This document shows positions 51,625-64,000 of a stretch of DNA of 64,000 bases, piece by piece. The stretch is from Octopus sinensis (Eukaryota). The DNA is taken from assembly GCF_006345805.1 (NCBI RefSeq), contig NC_043026.1, positions 7,316,001 through 7,380,000 of the forward strand. The letters run 5' to 3'. Position numbers and translations under genes: made by a program. Numbering within the stretch: position 1 is the first letter of the stretch; every line of letters begins with the position of its first letter. The notes beneath the pieces were generated by a model. It worked only from the letters and a program-made list of their open reading frames with translations. It was not told the origin of the DNA and made no database searches.

Positions 51625-52145
51625 ATCAAAAACTATATGTACATTGTATGCAGAAAAATTCATTTGAATAAAATTATATTTCCGTCAAAATATATATACA
51701 CACTCTATGTTGAAGAAGTTCTTTGTGTAAAATTAAGAGTAATTCAATCAAAGTTATATACACACTCAACGAAGAAAAAAAATCATTTGAATAAAGTTAT
51801 TTGTATTTTAGTCAAAAAAACACTGTATGTAGAAAAAGACCTTTGAATAAAATTATATATTTTAGTCAAAAATATATATACACTGTGTAGAAAAAGTCTT
51901 CTGAATAAAATTAAATTCGTTTTAGTCAAATATATGTCCATACACTTTATATAAAATGTGTACTTTGAATAAAATTATGTGTATTTTAATCAAAATCTTA
52001 TACAAACTTTATAGAAAAATTATTTGAATAAAATTTTGTGCTTCAGTCAAAAATATATACACACTGTATGTAGAAAAATTCCTTTGAATAAAATTGTTGT
52101 ATGTATTTCAGTCAAATATACATTCACAAACTTTATATAGAAAAA
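51625..52145. repeat. Degenerate ~60-65 bp AT-rich tandem repeat (about 8 units)
   Basis: Recurrent agtcaaaa..tatacacact.tatgtagaaaaa...tttgaataaaatt. Confidence 0.8.
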
Positions 52146-52154
52146 GCGTCCATG

Positions 52155-52400
52155 TCAGTGACACGTAAAAGCACCAACCGATCGTGGCCGTTTGCCAGCC
52201 TCCCCTGGCCCCTCTGCAGGTGACACGTAAACAGCACCCACTACACTCTCAGAGTGGTTGGCGTTAGGAAGGGCATCTAGCTGTAGAAACACTGCCAGAT
52301 CAGACTGGAGCCTGGTGCAGCCATCTGGTTCGCCAATCCTACGTCAAAATCGTCCAACCCATGCTAGCATGGAAAGTGGACGTTAAACGATGATGATGAT
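52155..52400 (+). mobile_element. Family C SINE 3' part
   Basis: Family C body and (GAT)n tail. Confidence 0.85.
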
Positions 52401-53129
52401 ATGTAAAGGTTTTTTTATTTTCATTTCTGTATCGTTAGAAGCTTTCCTCATTTCTTATTCTATTAATGGGAAACAAATTAACCTCAAATTCAGTTGACTT
52501 AACCAATTTTATGTCAGTCTCAGTAAAGATATTTAGAAGTGAAAACATTCCAAAACAAAAACTTAAAAACCATTACAAAAGTGGAAGATCCATGTCTGAA
52601 ATCACGCGTAAATATACACAGACACGCACCTATACGTGTATACATACATACATCTGTGTTAACTACATCACAAAGATGGAACCATGTATCTTTGTTGGAA
52701 ACAGGGTCCCTCCTCAGTGGAAGATTTATAATAGTCAAAAAAATAGAAGACACCATACATACGTACATACATATATACAAACATGCATTCATACATACAT
52801 AAATAAATGCATACATATATACATACATACACACATACATACATATATACATACATACATGCATGCATACGTACATACATACATATATACATTCATACAT
52901 ACATACATATATACATACATATATACATAAAAACATACATACATTACATACATACATGCATTCATACATACATGAATGCATATATACATATTCTTATATT
53001 TCACTCTGCAGTTGTAAAACGTGACGCAGTGGATAATGTAGTGCAGCTTTCGTTGTAGGGAAAACACCAGATGGTCATGGTTGGAATGACAGCGGCAAAA
53101 ATAAACGCAAACTATATCACAGGAGTTAT

Positions 53130-56100
53130 TACATGTATGTATGTGTGTATGTATGAATGTATGTATATATGTATGAATGAATGTATAACATGCATGCATG
53201 TATGCATGTGTGAATGTATGTATATATGTGTGAATGTATGTATGAATGTGTGAATGTATGTATGTATACATGCATGCATGCATGTATGTGTAAATGTATG
53301 TATGTATGTATGAATGTATGTATGTATGTATGTGTGAATGTATGTATGTATGTATGGATGTATGTATGTATGTATGAATGTATGTATACATGCATGCATG
53401 CATGTATGTGTGAATGTATGTATGTATGTGTGAATGTATGTATGTGTGAATGTATGTATGTATGTGTGAATGTATGTATGTGTGAATGTATGTATGTATG
53501 TATGAATGTATGTGTGAATGTATGTATGTATGTATGAATGTGTGAATGTATGTATGTATGTATGAATGTATGTGTGAATGTATGTATGTATGTGTGAATG
53601 TATGAATGTATGTGTGAATGTATGTATGTGTGAATGTATGTATGTGTGAATGTATGTATGTATGTATGAATGTATGTATGTATGTGTGAATGTATGTATG
53701 TGTGAATGTATGTATGTATGTGCGAATGTATGTATGTGTGAATGTATGTATGTATGTATGAATGTATGTATACATGCATGCATGCATGTATATGCGAATG
53801 TATGTATGTATGTATGTGTGAATGTATGTATGTATGTGTGAATGTATGAATGTATGTATGAATGTATGTATGTATGTATGAATGTATGTATGTATGTGTG
53901 AATGTATGTATGTATGTGTGAATGTATGTATGTATGTGTGAATGTATGTATGTATGTGTGAATGTATGAATGTATGTATGTATGAATGTATGTATGTATG
54001 TATGTATGAATGTATGTATTTGTGAATGTATGTATGTATGTGTGAATGTATGTATGTATGTATGTATGAATGTATGTATGTATGTATGAATATATGTATT
54101 TGTGAATGTATGTATGTATGTGTGAATGTATGTATGAATTTATGTGAATGTATGTGTGAATGTATGTATGTATGTGTGAATGTATGTATGTATATATGTA
54201 TGTATGTGTGAATGTATGTATGTATGTATGTATGTATGTATGTATGTATGTATGTATGTATGTATGTATGTATGTATGTATGTATGTGTGAATGTATGTA
54301 TGTATGTATGTGTGAATGTATGTATGTATGTGTGAATGTATGTGTGAATGTATGTATGTATGTATGTGTGAATGTATGTGTGAATGTATGTATGTATGTG
54401 TGAATGTATGTATGTATGTGTGAATGTATGTGTGAATGTATGTATGTATGTATGTATGTATGTATGTATGTATGTATGTATGTATGTATGTATGTGTGAA
54501 TGTATGTATGTATGTATGTGTGAATCTATGTATGTATGTATGAATGTATGTATGTATGTGTGAATGTATGTATGTATGTGTGAATGTATGTATGTATGTA
54601 TGTGTGAATGTATGTATGTATGTGTGAATGTATGTATGTATGTGTGAATGTATGTGTGAATGTATGTATGTATGTGTAAATGTATGTATGTATGTATGTA
54701 TGAATGTAGGTGTGAATGTATGTATGTATGTGTGAATGTATGTGTGAATGTATGAATGTATGCGTGAATGTATGTATGTATGTGTGAATGTATGAATGTA
54801 TGTGTGAATGTATGAATGTATGTGTGAATGTATGAATGTATGTGTGAATGTATGTATGTATGTGTGAATGTATGTATGTATGTATGTATGTGTGTGTGTG
54901 TGTATGTATGTATGTATGAATGTATGTATGTATGAATGTATGTGTGAATGTATGTATGTATGTGTGAATGTATGTATGTATGTATGTATGAATGTATGTA
55001 TGTATGAATGTATGTATGTATGAATGTATGTATGTGTGAATGTATGTATGTATGTGTGAATGTATGTATGCATGTGTGAATGTATGTATGAATGTATGTA
55101 TGTATGTATGTATGAATGTATGTATGAATGTATGTATGTATGTATGTATGAATGTATGTATGTGTGAATGTATGTATGTATGAATGTATGTGAATGTATG
55201 TGTGAATGTATGTGTGAATGTATGTATGTAAGTCTGAATGAATGTATGTATGTATGTGTGAATGTATGTGTGAATATATGTATGAATGTATGTATGAATG
55301 TATGTGTGAATGTATATATGTATGAATGTATGTATGTATGTATGTATGTATGAATGTATGTATGTGTGAATGTATGTATGTATGTGTGAATGTATGTATG
55401 TATGTATGTATGTATGTCTGTATGTGTGAATGTATGTATGTATGTGTGTATGTATGTATGTGTGAATGTATGTATGTATGTGTGAATGTATGTATGTGTG
55501 AATGTATGTATGTATATGTGAATGTATGAATGTATGTGTGAATGTATGTATGTATGTGTGAATGTATGTATGTATGTGTGAATGTATGAATGTATGTATG
55601 TATGTATGAATGTATGTATGAATGTATGTATGTATGTGTGAATGTATGTATGTATGAATGTATGTATGTGTGAATGTATGTATGTATGTGTGAATGTATG
55701 TATGTACATGTGAATGTATGTATGTATGTGTGAATGTATGTATGTATGAATGTATGTATGAATGTATGTGTGAATGTATGTATGTATGTGTGAATGTATG
55801 TATGTATGTATGAATGTAGTATGTATGTATGTATGAATGTATGATGTGTGAATGTATGTATGTATGTATGAATGTATGTAGTATTGTGAATGTATGTAGT
55901 ATGTGGATGTATGGATGTATGTATGTATGTATGTGTGAATGTATGTATGTATGAATGTATGTGAATGTATGTGTGAATGTATGTGTGAATGTATGTATGT
56001 ATATGTGAATGTATGAATGTATGTGTGAATGTATGTATCTATGTGTGAATGTATGTATGTATGATTGAATGTATGTATGTGTGAATATATGTATGAATGT

Positions 56101-59100
56101 ATGTGTGAATGTATGTGTGAATGTATGTATGTATGAATGTATGTATGTATGTATGAATGTATAAATGTATGTGTGAATGTAAGTATGTATGTGTGAATGT
56201 ATGTGTGAATGTATGAATGTATGTGTGAATGTATGTATGTGTGAATGTATGTATGTATGTATGCATGAATGTATAAATGTATGTGTGAATGTATGTATGT
56301 ATGTATGTGTGAATGTATGTGTGAATGTATGAATGTATGTGTGAATGTATGTATGTATGAATGTATGAATGTATGTATATATGTATGTATGTATATATGT
56401 ATGTATGTATGAATGTATGTATGTATGTATGTATGTATGTATGTATGTATGTGTGAATGTATGTGTGAATGTATGTATATATTTGTGTATGTATGTATGT
56501 GTGAATGTATGTATGTATGTGTGAATGTATGTATGTATGAATGTATGTATGTATGTATGAATGTATGTATGTATGTGTGAATGTATGTAAGTATGTGTGA
56601 ATGTATGTGTGAATGTATGAATGTGTGTGTGAATGTATGTATGTATGAATGTAAGTATGAATGTATGTATGTATGTGTGAATGTATGTATGTATGTATGT
56701 ATGTATGTATGTATGTATGTATGTGTGAATATATGTAAGTATGTGTGAATGTATGTGTGAATGTATGTATGTATGAATGTATGTGTGAATGTATGTATGT
56801 ATGTGTGAATGTATGTATGTATGTATGTATGTATGTGTGAATGTATGTATGTATGTGTGAATGTATGTATGTATGTATGTATGTATGTATGTATGTGTGA
56901 ATGTATGTATGTATGTGTGAATGTATGAATGTATGTGTGAATGTATGAATGTATGTGTGAATGTATGTATGTATGTATGTATGTATGTGTGAATGTATGT
57001 GTGAATGTATGTATGTATGTGTGAATGTATGTATGTATGTGTGAATGTATGTATGTATGTATGTATGTATGTATGTATGTATGTATGTATGTGTGAATGT
57101 ATGAATGTATGTGTGAATGTATGTATGTATGTGTGAATGTATGTATGTGTAATGTGTTGAATGTATGGTTTGATGTGTGATGTATGAATGTATGTGTGAA
57201 TGTATGAATGTATGTGTGAATGTATGTATGTATGTGGGTATGTATTTTGTGAATGTATGAATGTATGTGTAATGTATGAAGTATGTGGAATGTATGTATG
57301 TATGTGTGAATGTGAGTATGTATGTATGTATGTGTGAATGTATGAATGTATGTGTGAATGTATGAAGTATGTGGAATGTATGAATGTATGTGTGAATGTA
57401 TGTATGTATGTGTGAATGTATGTATGTATGTGTGGATGTATGTATGTATGTGTGAATGTATGTATGTATGTGTGAATGTATGTATGTATGTGTGAATGTA
57501 TGAATGTATGTATGAATGTATGAATGTATGTGTGAATGTATGTATGTATGTGTGAATGTATGAATGTATGTGTGAATGTATGAATGTATGTGTGAATGTA
57601 TGAATGTATGTGTGAATGTATGAATGTATGTGTGAATGTATGTATGTATGTGTGGATGTATGTATGTATGTGTGGATGTATGTATGTATGTGTGAATGTA
57701 TGAATGTATGTGTGAATGTATGATTGTATGTGTGAATGGATGAATGTATGTGTGAATGTATGAATGTATGTGTGAATGTATGTATGTATGTGTGAATTAT
57801 GAATGTATGTGTGATGTATGAATGTAGGTGTGAATGTATGAATGTATGTGTGAATCTTTGAATGTATGTGTGTGAATGTATGTATGTATGTGTGGATGTA
57901 TGTATGTATGTGTGAATGTATGTATGTATGTGTGAATGTATGAATGTATGTGTGAATGTATGAATGTATGTGTGAATGTATGAATGTATGTGTCAATGTA
58001 TGAATGTATGTGTGAATGTATGAATGTATGTGTGAATGTATGTATGTATGTGTGGATGTATGTATGTATGTGTGAATGTATGAATGTATGTGTGAATGTA
58101 TGAATGTATGTGTGAATGTATGAATGTATGTGTGAATGTATGAATGTATGTGTGAATGTATGTATGTATGTGTGAATGTATGAATGTATGTGTGAATGTA
58201 TGAATGTATGTGTGAATGTATGTGTGAATGTATGAATGTATGTGTGAATGTATGAATGTATGTGTGAATGTATGTATGTATGTGTGGATGTATGTATGTA
58301 TGTGTGAATGTATGAATGTATGTGTGAATGTATGAATGTATGTGTGGTTGTATGAATGTATGTGTGAATGTATGTATGTATGTGTGAATGTATGTATGTA
58401 TGTGTGGATGTATGTATGTGTGAATGTATGAATGTATGTGTGAATGTATGAATGTATGTGTGAATGTATGTATGTATGTGTGAATGTATGTATGTATGTG
58501 TGAATGTATGAATGTATGTGTGAATGTATGAATGTATGTGTGTGAATGTATGTATGTATGTGTGAATGTATGTATGTATGTGTGGATGTATGTATGTATG
58601 TGTGAATGTATGTATGTATGTGTGAATGTATGTTATGTATGTATGGGTGAATGTATGAATGTATGTGTGAATGTATGAATGTATGTGAATGTATGAATGT
58701 ATGTGTGAAAGTATGAATGTATTGTGTGTGAAGTATGAATGTATGTGTGAATGTATGATGTATGTGTGTGAATGTATGTATGTATGTGTGAATGTATGTA
58801 TGTATTGTGAGTATGTATGTATGTGTGAATGAATGTTATGATGTGTGAATGTATGTATGTATGTGTAATGTATGAATGTATGTGTGAATGTATGAATGTA
58901 TGTGTGAATGTATGAATGTAGGGTGTGAAAGTATGAATGTATGTGTGAATGTATAATGTATGGTGAATGTATGAATGTATGTGTGAATGTATGTATGTAT
59001 GTGTGAATGTATGTATGTATGTATGAATGTATGTATGTATGTGTGGATGTATGTATGTATGTGTGAATGTATGTATGTGTGAATGTATGTATGTATGTGT

Positions 59101-62100
59101 GAATGTATGAATGTATGTGTGAATGTATGAATGTATGTGTGAATGTATGAATGTATGTGTGAATGTATGTATGTATGTGTGAATGTATGTATGTATGTGT
59201 GAATGTATGTATGTATGTGTGAATGTATGAATGTATGTGTGAATGTATGAATGTATGTGTGAATGTATGAATGTATGTGTGAAAGTATGAAGGTATGTGT
59301 GAATGTATGAATGTATGTGTGAATGTATGAATGTATGTGTGAATGTATGAATGTATGTGTGGATGTATGTATGTATGTGTGAATGTATGAATATATGTGT
59401 GAATGTATGAATGTATGTGTGAATGTATGAATGTATGTGTGAATGTATGTATGTATGTGTGGATGTATATATGTATGTGTGAATGTATGTATGTATGTGT
59501 GAATGTATGAATGTATGTGTGAATGTATGTATGTATGTGTGGATGTATATATGTATGTGTGAATGTATGAATGTATGTGTGAATGTATTTATGTATGTGT
59601 GAATGTATGAATATATGTGTGAATGTATGAATGTATCTGTGAATGTATGAATGTATGTGTAAATGTATGAATGTATGTCTGAATGTATGTATGTATGTGT
59701 GGATGTATGTATGTATGTGTGAATGTATGAATCTATGTGTGAATGTATGTATGTATGTGTGGATGTATGTAGGTATGTGTGAATGTATCAATGTATGTGT
59801 GAATGTATGAATGTATGTGTGAATGTATGAATGTATGTGTGAATGTATGTATGTATGTGTGGATGTATGTATGTATGTGTGAATGTATGTATGTATGTGT
59901 GGATGTATGTATGTATGTGTGAATGTATGAATGTATGTGTGAATGTATGAATGTATGTGTGAATGTATGAATGTATGTGTGAATGTATGAATGTATGTGT
60001 GAATGTATGAATGCATGTGTGAATGTATGTATGTATGTGTGAATGTATGAATGTATGTGTGAATGTATGTATGTATGTGTGGATGTATGAATGTATGTGT
60101 GAATGTATGTATGTATGTGGGGATGTATGTATGTATGTGTGAATGTATGAATGTATGTGTGAATGTATGAATGTATGTGTGAATGTATGAATGTATGTTT
60201 GAATGTATGTATGCATGTGTGAATGTATGTATGTGTGGATGTATGTATGTATGTGTGGATGTATGTATGTATGGGTGAATGTATGAATGTATGTGTGAAT
60301 GTATGTATGTATGTGTGGATGTATGAATGTATGTGTGAATGTATGTGTGGATGTATGTATGTATGTGTGAATGTATGTATGTATGTGTGAATGTATGTAT
60401 GTGTGAATGTATGTATGTATGTGTGAATGTATGTATGTATGTGTGGATGTATGTATGTGTTTGAATGTATGTATGTATGTGTGGATGTATGTATGTATGT
60501 GCGAATGTATGAATGTATGTGTGAATATATGAATGTATGTGTGAATGTATGAATGTATGTGTGAATGTATGTATGTATGTGTGGATGTATGTATGTATGT
60601 GTGAATGTATGAATCTATGCGTGAATGTATGTATGTATGTGTGAATGTATGTATGTATGTGTGAATGTATGAATGTGTGTGTGAATGTATGTATGTATGT
60701 GTGAATGTATGAATGTATGTGTGAATGTATGTATGTGTGAATGTATGTATGTATGTGTGAATGTATGAATGTATGTATGAATGTATGAATGTATGTGTGA
60801 ATGTATGTATGTATGTATGAATGTATGAATGTATGTGTGAATGTATGAATGTATGTGTGAATGTATGTATGTATGTATGAATGCATGTATGTATGTATGT
60901 ATGTATGAATGTATGTGTCAATGTATGAATCTATGTGTGAATGTATGAATGTATGTGTGAATGTATGTATGTATGTGTGAATGTATGAATGTATGTGTGA
61001 ATGTATGTATGTATGTATGTGTGAATGTATGTATGTATGTCTGAATGTATGAATGTATGTGTGAATGTATGTATGTATGTGTGAATGTATGTATGTATGT
61101 GTGAATGTAGGTATGTATGTGTCAATGTATGAATGTATGTCTGAATGTATGAATCTATGTGTGAATGTAAGAATGTATGTGTGAATGTATGTATGTATGT
61201 ATGTGTGGATTTATGTATGTATGTGTGAATGTATGTACGTGTGAATGTATGAATCTATGTGTGAATGTATGAATGTATGTGTGAATGTATGAATCTATGT
61301 GTGAATGTATGAATGTATGTGTGAATGTATGAATGTATGTGTGAATGTATGTATGTATGTGTGGATGTATGTATGTATGTGTGAATGTATGTATGTATGT
61401 GTGAATGTATGAATGTATGTGTGAATGTATGAATGTATGTGTGAATGTATGTATGTGTGTGTGAATGTATGAATGTATGTGTGAATGTATCAATCTATGT
61501 GTGAATGTATGAAAGTATGTGTGAATGTATGAATGTATGTGTGAATGTATGTATGTGTGAATGTATGAATCTATGTGTGAATGTATGAATGTATGTGTGA
61601 ATGTATGTATGTATGTGTAGATGTATGTATGTATGTGTGAAGGTATGTATGTATGTGTGAATGTATGTATGTATGTGTGAATGTATGTATGTGTGAATGT
61701 ATGTATGTATGTGTGAATGTATGAATGTATGTGTGAATGTATGAATGTATGTGTGAATGTATGTATGTGTGTGTGAATGTATGAATGTATGTGTGAATGT
61801 ATCAATCTATGTGTGAATGTATGAAAGTATGTGTGAATGTATGAATGTATGTGTGAATGTATGTATGTGTGAATGTATGAATCTATGTGTGAATGTATGA
61901 ATGTATGTGTGAATGTATGTATGTATGTGTAGATGTATGTATGTATGTGTGAAGGTATGTATGTATGTGTGAATGTATGTATGTATGTGTGAATGTATGT
62001 ATGTGTGAATGTATGTATGTATGTGTGAATGTATGTATGTATGTGTGATTGTATGTGTGAATGTATGAATGTATGTATGTATGTATGTATGAATGTATGT

Positions 62101-64000
62101 ATGTATGTATGAATGTATGTTTGAAAGTATGTATGTATGTGTGAATGTATGTATGTATATGTGAATGTCTGTATGTATGTATGAATGTATGTGTGAATGT
62201 ACGTATGTATGTGTGAATGTGTGAATGTATGTGTGAATGTATGTATGTATGTGTGAATGTGTGAATGTATGTGTGAATGTATGTATGTATGTGTGAATGT
62301 ATGTACGTATGTATGAATGTACGTATGTATGTATGAATGTATGTATGTATGTATGTATGTGTGAATGTATGTATGTATGTATGTGTGAATGTATGTGTGA
62401 ATGTATGTATGTATGTGTGAATGTATGTATGTATGTATGAATGTATGTATGTATGAATGTATGTATGTATGTATGTATGTATGTGTGAATGTATGTATGT
62501 ATGTATGTGTGAATGTATGTGTGAATGTATGAATGTATGTGTCAATGTATGTATGTTTGTGTGAATGTATGTATGTATGTATGAATGCATGTATATATGT
62601 GTGAATGTATGTATGTATGTGTGATTGTATGTATGCATGTGTGAATGTATGTATGTATGTGTGAATGTATGTATGTATGTGTGAATGTATGTATGTATGT
62701 GTGAATGTATGAATGTATGTGTGATTGTATGTATGTATGTGTGAATGTATGAATGTATGTGTGAATGTATGTATGTATGTATACATGCATGCATGCATGT
62801 ATGTGTGAATGTATGTGTGTATGTATGAATGCATGTATGTATGTGTGTATGAATGCATGTATGTATGTATGTATGTGTGAATGTATGTATGTTTGTGTGA
62901 ATGTATGTATGTATGAATGTATGAATGTATGTGTGAATGTATGTGTGAATGTATGTATGTATGTGTGAATGTATGAATGTAAGTGTGAATGTATGAATGT
63001 ATGTTTGAATGTATGTATGAATGTATGTGTGAATGTATGTATGAATGTATGTGTGAATGTATGTATGTATGTGTGAATGTATGAATGTATGTGTGATTGT
63101 ATGTATGTATGTGTGAATGTATGTATGTATGTATGAATGTATGTATGAATGTATGTGTGAATGTATGTATGTATGTGTGAATGTATGTATGAATGTGTGA
63201 ATGTATGTATGTGTGAATGTATGAATGTATGTGTGAATGTATGTGTGAATGTAGGTATGTATGTGTGAATGTATGTATGTATGTGTGAATGTATGAATGT
63301 ATGTATGTATGTGTGAATGTATGAATGTATGTGTGAATGTTTGTATGTATGTATGTATGTATGTGTGATTGTATGTATGTATGTATGTATGTGTGAATGT
63401 ATGTATGAATGTATGTATGTATGTATGTATGTATGTATGTATGTATGTATGTATGTATGTATGTGTGAATGTATGTATGTATGTGTGAATGTATGTATGT
63501 AGGTATGTATGTATGTATGTATGTATGTATGTAGTATGTATGTATGATGTAGTGTGTGATGTATGTATGTATGTATGTATGTGTGAATGTATGTATGAAT
63601 GTATGTATGTATGTATGTATGTATGTATGTATGTATGTATGTGTGAATGTATGTATGTATGTGTGAATGTATGTATGTATGTATGTATGTATGTATGTAT
63701 GTATGTATGTATGTATGTATGTATGTATGTATGTATGTGTGAATGTATGTATGTATGTGTGAATGTATGTATGTATGTGTGAATGTATGTATGTATGTAT
63801 GTATGTATGTATGTATGTATGTATGTATGTATGTATGTATGTATGTGTGAATGTATGTATGTATGTATGTATGAATATATGTATGAATGTATGTATGTAT
63901 GTATGTATGTATGTATGTGTGAATGTATGTATGTATGTGTGAATGTATGAATGTATGTATGTATGAATGTATGTATGTATGTATGTATGTGTGAATGTAT
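53130..64000. repeat. Giant simple-sequence satellite of TATG/AATG/TG units with a 20 bp higher-order period in parts
   Basis: Direct observation; gaatgtatg(a/t)atgtatgtgt stays in register over 59100-60200. Confidence 0.98.

Noticed and set aside
53011-53105. Terminal mini-exon VKRDAVDNVVQLSL* with AATAAA
   Set aside because: Only 15 codons between microsatellites; insufficient evidence
57140-57370. Locally scrambled satellite segments (also 55810-55910, 58620-58970)
   Set aside because: Clustered indels look like uncorrected long-read error rather than biology
52789-62858. Very long minus-strand ORFs (300-1156 aa, HTYI/HSHI repeats)
   Set aside because: They are translations of a stop-poor simple satellite, with overlapping frames and no protein complexity

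Overview
This is eukaryotic, AT-rich, repeat-saturated DNA. It is most likely a coleoid cephalopod (Octopus-type) scaffold; I infer this from the SINE families and microsatellite style, not from a database match. No intact protein-coding gene is supported. The window is a mosaic of at least five SINE/retroposon families, three LINE remnants (RTE, CR1-like 3' end, CR1/L2-type RT), four Tc1/mariner relics (two near full length, one DD37D/maT type), non-autonomous Helitrons, TTAA- and hAT-type MITEs and many microsatellites. It also has a 100-N gap and a >10 kb TGTA/TGAA/TG satellite at the right end, which is the source of the spurious 300-1150 aa HTYI ORFs. A CpG-retaining domain at about 23-28.4 kb suggests a promoter or first exon of a minus-strand gene, and a possible exon lies at 50110-50295. 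The most interesting signals are RNA-structural. (i) A young ~260 bp retroposon occurs in two TSD-flanked copies that start at the same nucleotide, and its 5' end can form a multi-pseudoknot (candidate self-cleaving RNA). (ii) A ~200 bp element family carries a variant minimal hammerhead motif. (iii) Several fold-back palindromes have arms carrying hammerhead-like remnants (Penelope-like). (iv) A SINE and an RTE LINE share their 3' tail. (v) There is a 9x55 bp tandem array of a SINE tRNA-like head. All folds were derived by eye and are untested.
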